Shown one piece after another: positions 28,559 through 40,679 of a DNA stretch of 64,000 nucleotides. Source of the stretch: Octopus sinensis (lineage: Eukaryota); assembly GCF_006345805.1 (NCBI RefSeq), contig NC_043000.1, positions 77,686,001 to 77,750,000 on the forward strand, read 5' to 3'. The notes under the pieces are model-generated. The model was not told the origin of the DNA, ran no database searches, and saw nothing but the letters and a program-made list of their open reading frames with translations. A program made the translations under genes and the position numbers. Within the stretch, counting starts at the first letter, position 1; every line of letters begins with the position of its first letter.

Positions 28559-28810
28559 CATGTATATATATAGCTGTATAATATTTATACATGTATATGT
28601 ATAGCTGTATATGTATAGATGTATTTCTATAGATATACAGGTATGTGTATACATGTATGTCTAGATGTATATATATATATATATAGATGTACATGTAATA
28701 TGTACGCATATATATACATATATATATATATGCATACCTATATACACAGAAACACACATACACACACACACACTCCCACACACACACACACACACACATA
28801 CACATACATA

Positions 28811-29125
28811 GGTGCAGGTGTGGCTGTGTGGTAACAAACTTGGTTCTAAAACACATGGTCTTCAGTTCTGTCCCACTGTGTAGTAATTTGGCATGTGTCT
28901 TCTGCTATAACCTGAGACCAACCAAAGCCTTGTCAGTGGATTTTGTAGACAGAAACAGAAACAAATCAATTGTATATATATGTATGTATATATGTAAGTC
29001 TATGTGTGTGTCTTTGTGTTTCTCCCTCATCACTGCTTCACAACTGGGGTTCGTTTATTTACATCCCTATAACTTACTGGTTTCACAAGAAGAAACTGAT
29101 AGAATAAGTACCAAGCTTATCAAAA
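28811..29125 (+). mobile_element. tRNA-derived SINE
   Basis: ggtgcaggtgtggctgtgtggtaa head; same family as 8953. Confidence 0.75.
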
Positions 29126-29209
29126 TATAAAAAAGCACTACGCAGTGTCTCATATTTTTGTTTGCTCACTCAGTTGTATCTATCAATTTATCTTTGTGTG
29201 TGTGTATGT

Positions 29210-29303
<94 letters not shown>

Positions 29304-29819
29304 ATACTAATAAAAAGGGTTCGGCAAAAGAATTACGTCGCCGCATACCGAAGTTCAGAAATAGCAGCCAAAATCTTAGCCATTTCTTCTACTTTAAAAA
29401 GGGTCTTCCAGGGAACTCAAAATACTTGAAGTTTAAACACACAGGCAGAGAGTAAAGCAAACGAAAATCAATCGATATCTGATCATCCATAGACGCGCGT
29501 TTCTGAATTAGGTCTTACGTAAAGAATATAAAATAATATATACCTTACCAACCGTATTCTTCATCAGTATGGATACTCTGTTATAATCTGGAGGTACTAG
29601 AACATCTGAACGAATTAATTCATATAACGGTGTAGGCCGTTTGCATTCGATGTTAGTACCGCTAGATTCAAAACACGAATGAAAGCCGCTCAGCCTCCCT
29701 CGCCCTTCCACGTGTGTCTCCAAGTAAAATGCTACATATTCTCAGGGATGGATTTCGTAGACAGGAACTGAAACAAATCAATCGTATATATGTGTATGTA
29801 TATATGTAAGTGCATGTGT

Positions 29820-32105
29820 TTTGGTCTTGGCAACATGAATGACAATGGTCAGAGACTATTTGAATTTTGCACACACCATAACCTGTGCATCACTAACACA
29901 TTCTTTGCCAACAAGACATCTCACAAGATATCTTGGAGGCATCCAAGATCTCACCATTGGCATCAGCTGGATCTCATCATTACACGAAGATCCTTTCTGA
30001 ATTATGTTCAACTGACCCGTAGTTACCACAGCGCGGATTGTGACACAGATCATTCACTAATAAGAAGCAGGATGAGGATTCTGCCTTAAAAATCCATCAC
30101 TCCAAGAAAATGGGCCGACCATGCATTAACGCTGCCAGAACCTCGGACCCTACACTGCGACAATGTTTTGCTGTTTCTATCAAGGTTGCCCGCAGTAGCT
30201 GCCCAACCTCTTCTGTTGAAAGTAGGTGGAATTATATCAGGGAAGCTTTGTATACCATATCAATAGATACTTTCAGCATGAGAGAAAGGCAAAACCCACA
30301 TTGGTTCAGTGCTGGGCTCTCAGAGCTGGAAACAGTTATCGAAGCAAAGCGTGCAGCTCTGATGCAATACTAGAGTGATTCTTCTACAAAGTCACTCGAA
30401 GAACACAGAAAGGCAAGAATTAAAACCCAACTGACTGCCAGACGCTATGCAAATAGGTATTGGCAGGAAATCTGTCAGAGTATCCAGTCAGCTGCAGACA
30501 GTGGCGACACCCGTGGGAAGTATGCCGGTTTGAAGAAGGGCCTCGGTCCATCCGCAACCAAGTCAGCTCCTCTGAAATCAACTACAGGATATCTCATCAA
30601 GGACCAAAGCAAGCAAACGGATAGATGGATGGAGTACTACCAGGATCTCTACTCACGGGAGACCACGGTAGCTGAGGCTGCAATCGATAGTGTCAAGATC
30701 TTGCCAGTCATGTGCGAACTTGACAGTCTGCCATCTATAGCAGAGCTCACCAAGGAGTAACAAGGCTCCGGGAAAAGACGGTATCCCCTTAAAGATCATC
30801 AAAACCGGCAAAAACGCCATTCTGCTTCGGCACCTTCATGAGCTTCTGTATCAGTGCTGGGAAGAGGGTACAGTCCCCCAGGATATGCGGGATGCTAACA
30901 TCATTACGCTTTACAAAAACAAAGGTGACCGTGGTGATTGTAACAATTACCGTGGAATATCTCTTCTAAGCACTGTTGGAAAGGCCTTTGTTCGCACTAT
31001 CCTGTCCAGTGTCCAGACTGCAACTGCTTGCTTCTCGAATTTATCCAGAATCGTAGTGTGGCTTTAGAAGAAGCAGATCAACTATTGACATGATATTCTC
31101 CATACGCCAACTTCATGAGAAGTCCAGAGAGCAGAAAATGCCATTATATATGGCCTTCATTGATCTGACAAAGGCTTTTGATTTGATAAGTAGAAAAGGC
31201 CTCTTCATCCTGCTCTAAAAAATCGGATGTCCACGAAAGCTGCTGAGGATCATCAAATATTTCCATGATGATCTGCAAGGCACCATGCAGCACAATGGTT
31301 CAACATCAGCCGCCTTGCAAATAAAAAATGGGGTAAAGCGAGGTTGTGCCCTTGCTCCTACATTATTTGGCATCTTCTCGCTGCTGTTGTCACATACCTT
31401 TGAGACATCAGATGATGGAGTGTTTCTGCACAGTAAAAGTGATGGGAAACTGTTCAATCTCTTGCGTCTGCGTGCCAAGACCAATATCAGAAGCGTCCTG
31501 ATCAAGGAGATGCTATTTGCTGATGATGCCGCTCTGGTATCACACACAGAAGAAGCCATACAAAGGCTCATCAACTGTTTTGAGCAAGCATGTGGCTTAG
31601 TTATCACCCTCAAAAAGACCAACATCATGGCTCAGGCTACATCGGACATCCCAAACATACATATTGGAGACCACAGAATACAAGAGGTGGAGACGTTTAC
31701 CTATCTTGGCTCTACCGTCACCTACAACCTATCCCTTGATGATGAGCTCAATATACGCATTGGCAAGGCAGCTGCTGTGATGGCCCAACTCTCCAAACGG
31801 GCGTGGGACAACAATAAGCTGACCAAGACCAAAAAATGAAGATTTACCAGGCATGTGTACTTAGCACTCTACTGTATGGCAGTGAGATTTGGACGCCATA
31901 CACACGCCAAGAGCGTCGCCTAAATATCTTTCACCTGCGCTGCCTCCAGAAAATCCTTGGCATCAAATGGCAGAATCATGTCCCCAACAAAGATGTCCTC
32001 AAGCAAGCAGGAATACCAAGCATGTTTGCACTCCTCACACAAAGACGTATGAGATGGCTTGGACATGTTAGCCGTATGGAAGATGGTAGAATCCCCAAGG
32101 ACTAC
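29820..32105 (+). mobile_element. RTE/BovB-like LINE, truncated and pseudogenised
   Basis: NDNGQRLFEFC, SADCDTDH, CNNYRGISLLS, FIDLTKAFD, GVKRGCALAPTLF, MLFADDAAL, FTYLGS; stops and frameshifts. Confidence 0.9.
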
Positions 32106-32519
32106 ACAGAATAGGACTACACAGCCACAACAGGAGATGTATTAGGACATGAAATGTAAAAGCCAAACTAGATTATTTTATGCACAACTCCATTATCTCC
32201 CGAGACAAAAAGGATGCCAACAACAATATATATGGATTTCGTAGACAGGAACAGAAACAAATCAATCGTATATATATATGTATATATATATGTAAGTCTA
32301 TGTGTGTGTTTGTGTTACTCCCTCATCACTGCTTCACAACTGCTGTGCATTTATTTACATCCACTTAACTTACTGGTTTCACAAGAACAAACTAATAGAA
32401 TAAGTACCAGGCTTATCAACATAAAAAAGCACTAGGCTGTGTCTCATATTTTGGTTTGCCCACTCAGTTGTATCTATCAATTTATCTTTGTATGTGTGTG
32501 TGTGTGTGTATATCTATAT

Positions 32520-32520
32520 C

Positions 32521-32552
<32 letters not shown>

Positions 32553-32654
32553 TGTATGTATGTATGTATGTATGTATGTATGTATGTTTGTATGTATGTA
32601 TGTATGTGTGTATGTATGTATGTATGTATGTATGTATGTATGTATGTATGTATG

Positions 32655-32711
<57 letters not shown>

Positions 32712-32720
32712 CTCTCTCTA
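32520..32720. repeat. Compound (TATG)n(TATC)n microsatellite
   Basis: Direct reading. Confidence 0.95.
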
Positions 32721-33529
32721 TATATATATAAATATATGTCCCTTTTGGTCTTGAGAAACGAAAACACAGACACAAACCCAAGGAACTGGACATTTTTCTT
32801 AAACATTTTTCTTAAACGGCGAAGGAGCAACAGAAAATGCCGTCTACACTTCAAGGAAGTCAGGCCAGGAAGACAGTAGCAGAGCTCTCGTCGCGGGTCA
32901 ACGACGGGAGGGAGGAGGAGGAGCAAGAGAAAGGGAGAGAAGAAAGAGGAATGGTTGTGAGGAAAGCAGAAAGAATGAAGAATGAGTGAGAGGGAGAGAG
33001 AGAGTGAAGAATGAGAGAGAGGGAGAGACAGTTAAGTAGAAGAAAAGGAAATCAAAGAATGAAGGCTGAGAAAGGGATGGGACAGAAAGGTTAAGAGTGC
33101 ACATCAAAATTAATATCAAGAACAATCTTACTTAGAAAGGGATGCGTGCGTTCCGTCATATAATATATTAATAAATAAAACATATGCATATATATATACA
33201 TATATGTACGTACCTACCTCTACATGTATATATACACGCATATATGAGTACAGGACACCAAAAAAACGTCGAACACAATGAGAAACGAAAACACAGACAC
33301 AAACCCGAGGAACTGGACATTTTTCTTAAACAACAAAAAATAGAGTATAGGACAAATAACACAAGGAAAAAACCCCTTCTTCAGTCGCCATGGTATATAT
33401 ATATATATATTTCTTCTTTCTTCTCTTCTCTTTTTTTCATTTTCTTTCCTTACGTGCAATTACGTCTTTTTTATTGTTTTATAATTTTTTGTTTTTTTAT
33501 TGTTTATAATCTTATTGCTTTTATAAAGT

Positions 33530-34960
33530 ATTGTTTTTATACACGAACACATATACACACATACTCACATACCCACGAACACACACATACCTCCCACACA
33601 CCACACACATACAACATACATACATGCACATATACGCACACATACTTCCACACACATACACACACGCATACATACACATATACACCCACCCACGCGCACA
33701 CACACATATGCGCGTACACAAACACACGCGTACACAAACGTACACACACACAGGGGAATGCACAGAAACCTATCCCACCCAACCCTACGCACACACAGAC
33801 ACACATACCTTTAGACACACATACATGAACGTACACACAACCACATACACGCACATACTCAAGCACACGCGCGTACACACGATAAAATGAACACAACCTG
33901 ACACACGTCTCCACGTTCTCACACACACATATACACACGTACATACACACACACACACACACACGCACACACACATATACACACGCACGCACATACATAC
34001 ACACACACACACACACACTACAAACAAAACACACACACAATACATATACATACACACAATATATGCCTACACGCGCACACACACATATACACACGTACAT
34101 ACACACACACCAGCACAGATGCCCACATATACCTCTAACAAACAATACTCATACAGATCAGCACACAATAATACACACATGGTCACAGATACACACGCAC
34201 ATACACGCACGTAAGCACACACACGCACACAAGCACACGAACGCACATTACGCCTACACAACTCCAAAACACACACGCATACACAAATTCTCATACACAC
34301 CTATACATATACATACACACAATATATGCCTACACGCGCACACACACGTACACATAGGTAGACACATATAGACACAGACACACACACGCACACAAAAACA
34401 TGCGCACACATACGAACACGAATGCACACACCCAACATTCACAACCCCACGGATACACGTATATACACCCACATACGCTTACACACACATACATACACAC
34501 ATACATGCACACACAACTACACGCACATACGACACGCACGCACATACATACACACACACAAATGAACCCACACATAGATCTCATACACACAGTACACAAT
34601 TATACATACGCACACACAATTATACATATATGTGGACACACATACGCACGTACAAGCACACACGCACACATGCACAAAGTAAAGCATAGTTATTCGCCAC
34701 ACACACAAACTCTACACATACACACACGAACACGCACATACATACACACACACACACACACTACAAACAAAACACACACACAATACATATACATACACGC
34801 ACACACATACTTCAAACTAGCAGTACCTCCCACTGACCATGGGTAGACACAAGAGCCACTCCTAATTCCTTCTTCCTTGACCTTAAACAATACTAAGCCC
34901 TACAACACACATAGATTTACAGCCACAACCACACACACACACACACACGCACACACACAC
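33530..34960. repeat. Cryptic (CA)-rich array with internal block duplications
   Basis: Blocks such as cacactacaaacaaaacacacacacaatacatatacatac recur near 34015 and 34755. Confidence 0.9.
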
Positions 34961-35049
34961 ACGTGTTTTCATTGACCACATACACACATACACACGCACG
35001 CACACGCAGACCTTCGCGCACGCACATACCCACACTTACACACACATAC

Positions 35050-35319
35050 CTTCTCTTGCACTCTCCTGTCTGTGAAAGAACTTTTCTTCACCCATTTCCT
35101 TCCGGTCATTCAAAATGTGACCGCGTGTGTACCGTTGGCGATTTTTTCTCCTCCGTCTTCCCTTCTCTGGATCTTTCCTTTTCCTATGTTTCTGACGAAG
35201 AACTCCGCTCGAAACGTAAAACCCTCCTTCTTCCCTTCCTTCCTGAGCGTCAAATAATACTATATTTGTTCCACGTCCTCGCGTTGTTGTGTTTTCTCTT
35301 TGTGTTTTCATGTTTGGAT

Positions 35320-35325
<6 letters not shown>
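35050..35325 (+). mobile_element. PLE terminal repeat (pLTR) with hammerhead, ending at (TA)n
   Basis: Similar to about 27950-28165; both end tttggatta(a)-(TA)n. Confidence 0.65.
35188..35222 (+). ncRNA. Minimal type I hammerhead ribozyme motif
   Basis: GTTT-CTGACGA-A-GAAC/TCC/GCTC-GAAA-CGT-A-AAAC: intact core, 4-bp stem I, palindromic ACGT stem III, one stem II mismatch. Confidence 0.75.
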
Positions 35326-35356
<31 letters not shown>

Positions 35357-36309
35357 CACCCTAATGCATTATTTCTAATTCAATGGTACAACGGTGCAAC
35401 AGTTTGCTTTGACATACACTTACATTGTGATTTCTGCAATGTGGTGCAGAAATCGTCAAGTAAATGAGAGGCATCTTTGCCTCCACTGATTCAGTTGCAA
35501 AGTGTTGAGTAAAGTTATTTGATTGCAGACGTCTTTTCATTCTTTTTATTATCACTGGGTCACACATAGTCCCCAGATGGTAACATTGATTTCAAGGCTT
35601 TCCCAAATGAGTGACTGGTTATTCAAAGACATTTATAGATTGTAAATTTATTCTCTCCAGTTACGTATCACTATAGTGGTCATTTGCAAACTCCAGAGGT
35701 GACACTTTCATTTCTCCTTGGCCCCCACGTCACACAGTTGTTAATGTTTATTTCAGTTGGGTCACGCCCTTCCAATTACTATAGATTCGTAATGCATCTT
35801 ACGGCTGTGCCTGTCACCTGGATGGTGAGGAATCCTACATTGGGAGTGGTAACGACTAGGATAGGGTAACTGTCTGCTTATTGTGATCATTCGTCTTTTG
35901 GTTTCCTGTAGCTTTGCTCTCTTTTACAAATCCAATGAACATATATTTCCTATTTCAAAGAAATTCAAACAATAGATATAAGACCCAAGTTAAAAAGATT
36001 CTCAACAATTCAACTTCTCTGGTTGACATTAAGATGCCCACTCCCATCAGGTGCCTTAACTCTCACATTTTAGAGCTCCATGACCTTCATTTTTCAGGAG
36101 CAAAATCCTTTTAACAGGTTCAATAAGACTGGAATTTTGGAATATGCGCATAAAAATCAGTAGCATGGGATACATGTGGCACGATTACAATTTTTTAGGG
36201 TGTGTAAAGAGGGAAATAACCCTCATCTGCAATTTTGATGAAATTCGAAACAGATATCCAGTTCATTACAGAAAATATAACAGAAAAGTCTAATTCTTCA
36301 AGTGAATGT

Positions 36310-37755
36310 AACCGGGCTCTCTCTCCCCGAACCCGCCCTGTAGTCTCCCGCCTCCCTTTTCCCCTCACTTACCACCCCACGACCCTACCTCTCCAACGCA
36401 CCATTCTTCGAGCTTTCCGGCATCTCCAGTCCGACCCGTCCACTTCACACCTCTTCCCTAACCGACCCCTCCCCTCTTTCAAACGAGCCCATAACCTTCG
36501 AGACCTTTTGGTCCATAGCTCCTTCCCTGACCCTACCTCCCAACCTGGCTCGTTCCCCTGCTCCCGCCCACGTTGCCGCACTTGCCCTTACCTCTCCAAC
36601 ACCACCCTCCTCACTGGCACCCATCACCGACCCTATCCCATCATCAACTCCTTCATCTGCACCTCCAGCAATATTATCTATTGCGTATCTTGCTCTCTTT
36701 GCCATTCCCTGTACATCGGACAAACGGGACGCCGCTTGGCTGACCTTTTCGCGGAACACCTCCGTGACATCCGCCTTGCCAACGACACACCGGTCTCACG
36801 CCATTTCCGCTCCACCGGTCACTCCTTGCAACACCTGTCTGTGTTCGGTTTGTCCTTGCACAGAGGCCATCCGGATTCCCGTTTGCGCCGTGAACAGGAA
36901 TTAATCTTCTCTCTTCGCTCTTTCACGCCATTTGGTCTCAGCTCTACCCCCTCCTAATCTAACCCCCTCTCCCCCCTCCTCATGTAACCTCCCCCCGACC
37001 CCTACTTCTCTTCAGTCCTTCATCCTTTCACCCCTACACCTCTTCCCTTCTTCCCTCTTTCTCTCTGCTCCCTCACTCCCCTTCTCTCTCTCTCTCTCCC
37101 CCTCTCTCTCTATCCTCCCTCCTCCTCTCCCCTCCTCTTCTCCTCTCCTTCCTTCTCCCCCTTCCCCCTCCTCTTCTCCCCTCTTCTCCCCTTTCCTTCT
37201 CCCCCCTCGCCCTCACCCCTCATCTCTCCTCTCTCTCCCCCTTACCCCCCCTCTCCCCCTCTCCCCTCATCTCCTCTCTCTACACTACACCATACGACTT
37301 TACACATCACCCCTCCTCATCTCTCCTCTCCCCCTCATCTCCTCTCCCCCTCATCTCCTCTCTCTACACTACACCATACGACTTTACACATCACATCATA
37401 TATACATACACACGTCCAGACCTCTCATACGCACTAATACTCTCTCATACACACATACACTCTTATGTAGGTCATTTAACCCTATTATCTCCCCTAATTT
37501 CGCTCTTGCGTCTCACGTTTGATCTTTGACTTCTGGCCGAAATCAGATCGCCATGTTGACTCGCTAGCCTCTGCACGCATTTTTTTTCTCTCCTTCTTTC
37601 TGTGTTTCTTTTCTGTGTATCTTTCTGTTGAAGAGCGTAGGCTCGAAACGTAAAAGACTTGTTTTATTTATATTCCTGAGCGCCATACTAATACAATTGT
37701 TTGTTTGTATTCCACCTGCCTTCGTCTTTTGTCTATTTTCATAAAGCTTCCCGTT
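36310..37755 (+). mobile_element. Neptune-like PLE, 5'-truncated: GIY-YIG ORF end, pyrimidine-rich spacer, pLTR
   Basis: ORF 36235-36957: PCSRPRCRTC knuckle, NIIYCVSCSLC, LYIGQTGRRLADLFAEH, RREQELIFSL. Confidence 0.9.
37620..37657 (+). ncRNA. Minimal hammerhead motif with non-canonical core CUGUUGA
   Basis: TCTTT-CTGTTGA-A-GAGC/GTAG/GCTC-GAAA-CGT-A-AAAGA: all stems pair perfectly. Confidence 0.7.
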
Positions 37756-38107
37756 ATATATATATATATATATATAATAACAAAATAATAAATAAAACAT
37801 ATGCATATATACATACATATATGTACGTACCTACATCAATATGTATATAGACATGCATATATGTGTACAGGACACCAAAAAAAAAACGTGGAACATAATG
37901 AGAAACGAAAACATGAAAACAAAACCAAGGAAAATGACATTTTTTTAAACAACGAAAAAACAGAGTGCAAGACATACAACACAAGGAAAATTCCCCGAAA
38001 CACGGAGAAGACGAAACAGAGGCGGCTGAAGAGGGGGAATGAATAAACATCTTTTAAAATTGCATTTTCAAACCTTCTTTCATATATACATACATATATA
38101 TATATAT

Positions 38108-38154
<47 letters not shown>

Positions 38155-38277
38155 GTGAAATAGAAAGATGAATAATCTTGTTGTAGATTAATCAAAAGTT
38201 AACCGATACCTTAGTAGCAAAAATCATAGCAGTAAACAGCACGGTTGGAGGTACAACCATCTGGCGTTGCAATAATG

Positions 38278-38332
<55 letters not shown>

Positions 38333-38384
38333 GTGTATATATATATATAGGTGCAGGAAACCGGTCATATACATGTATATATAT

Positions 38385-40010
38385 ATGACGGGCTCGACCT
38401 AAACCCCAACCTGACACGTCCACAGTTCTTCGTCTGGCCGAACTTGTTCTTTCCCCCAACTGCTTCTCGTTCGCGGGTGAGTTTTACCAAAAGTTCTCGG
38501 CAGTGACCATTGGAACGAGAATGGGCCCCAACTATGCGAACCTGTTCGTTGGCTAAGTTAAGGCCCAAATATTTTCAAGATTCACTGGTCCCACTCTCGA
38601 ACTATACAGTCGTTATATTGATGACTATATCGGTGCGACCTCTATCTCCCGCGAACAACTAGACTCCTTCCTCTCTTTTGTCCAATCTTTCCATCCTGCC
38701 CTTTAATACTCCTGCACCATTTCCAACACTTCGTCGCATTTCTACTACTCTCACTACCTCCATCCTCTACAAACACACTGACTCACACTCCTACCTTATC
38801 ATCTCCCCTTCCACCCTACTCACGCCAAGCTCTCCATCCTCTACTCTCAATTCCTCCGTCTGTGCAGGCTCTGCAGTGATACCCATGACTTTGAGACTCA
38901 TTCTGAACTCATGGCTCGCCACTACATCCTTCGTGGATATTTCTTCACCACTATCCACACAGCCTTTGTCAAAGCACGTTCCATAGACCGTTCCCCTGCT
39001 CTTTCTCCCTGCACCTGCTCCATCGTTGCCCGTCTCCCGTTTCCCCACACCTACCACACTTCCACCCCGCCCCTCCAACGTGCGATTCTCCGAGCTTTCG
39101 GCAAATCCAGTCCGGCTCCTCCATCTTGCACATCTCCAACCTAGCTCTTCCCTCTTTAAAACGGGCCCACAACATGCGTGACTTCCTAGTCCACAGTTTC
39201 TTCCCTAACCACACCTTCCAACCTGGCTCGTTCCTCTACTCCCGCCCACGCTGCCGCATTTGTCCATACCTCCCCAACACCACCATCCTCACAGGCACAC
39301 ATCATCGTCCCTATCACATCACTGACTCCTTTACATGCACTTCTAGCACCGTCATTTACTACATTGCCTGCTCTTTCTATCCTTCTCTGTACGTCGGTCA
39401 AACGGGATACCGCTTCGCTGACCGGTTCGCGGAACACCTCGGAGATATTAGACTCGGCAACGACACCTCTATCTTGCGCCATTTTCGCTCTACCGGTCAT
39501 TCATCACAACACCTGTCTGTGTTCGGATTGTTTTCGCACAGGGGCCATCCGGACTACCGCCTTCTCCATGAACAGAGATTAATCTTCTCTCTTCGCTCCT
39601 TTGCCCCTCCACTCTCCTCTCTTCATCTGACACCTACTTCCTCTCTTCAGTCCTACTCACCGCTCCTCTCCTCTTTTGCCCTGACACCTACTTCATCTAT
39701 TCACTCCTACCCACCTTCTCTCTTCATCGTTACCCCTTCATCCACACCCCACCCCTTCACATCCCAATCCCACCACCCCACCCCTATACATCCCACTCCC
39801 ACATTTCCCACCCACACATCCAACCCCCACATACCCCACCCCGCCCTCACATCCACACACCCACTCTCACATTCCTACACCCCACCATCGCATCCCCACC
39901 CGAACACCACCACACCACATAACACCAATCACACCACCCCGCACACATTAACACTGACCCATTCCAGCACCCACACCATCATCTACACACCTACACACGC
40001 ACACATCCAC
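38385..40010 (+). mobile_element. Neptune-like PLE, RT + GIY-YIG remnant
   Basis: GTRMGPNYANLFVG and RYIDD (about 38510-38630); SRPRCRIC, TVIYYIAC, LYVGQTG...FAEH in ORF 39126-40022. Confidence 0.9.
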
Positions 40011-40244
40011 ACGTCAAGGTAGACGGAAACTGAAAGAATTCCGTCGTATACATACACACACACACACATATATGTATGTATGTACATATTTATGCATATG
40101 TTTGTGTGTCTGTGCTTGTCCCTCCACCATCGCTTGACAATAAGTCCTGGAGTCGATTTGTTCGACTAAAGGCAGTACACCAGCATTGTTGCAGTCAAAC
40201 GACTGAAACAGGTAAAAGAATATATATATATATATATTTTTTTA

Positions 40245-40500
40245 TATATAGAGGGCATTATTATACATACATGCCACACGCTAATAGGGACATTAGTCAT
40301 TTCTACCAAAAATTTTACTAATCATACCCAATGCAATTTTTCAAAGCAAGACATTTAAAAAAATGACTAAATTCATTTTTTTAAATGTCTTGCTTTGAAA
40401 AATTGCATTGGGTATGATTAGTAAAATTTTTGGTAGAAATTTTTGGTAGAAATGTCCCTATTAGCGTGTGGCATGTATGTATAATAATGCCCTCTATATA
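40245..40500. repeat. 256-bp near-perfect foldback palindrome (MITE-like), TA-flanked
   Basis: Perfect arms 40245-40294/40451-40500 (50 bp) and 40299-40366/40373-40440 (68 bp); 6-nt centre. Confidence 0.95.
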
Positions 40501-40620
40501 TAAATTAATATGTTCAATAAGAAAGAATTATTTTCGAAATTTTTCTCTTATGAGGTTTTTCACGCTATCTACCTGATAATTTCTTGTTAAGATTCCTTAT
40601 TAAGAAGTTATCCTTAATTG

Positions 40621-40655
<35 letters not shown>

Positions 40656-40679
40656 TGAGAAAGTTGGTGTGTGAAAGCA

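Noticed and set aside
35640-35710. Possible small host exon (polypyrimidine-CAG at 35660, GT at about 35699)
   Set aside because: Weak donor site, no recognisable peptide and no partner exons; cannot be supported without RNA data.
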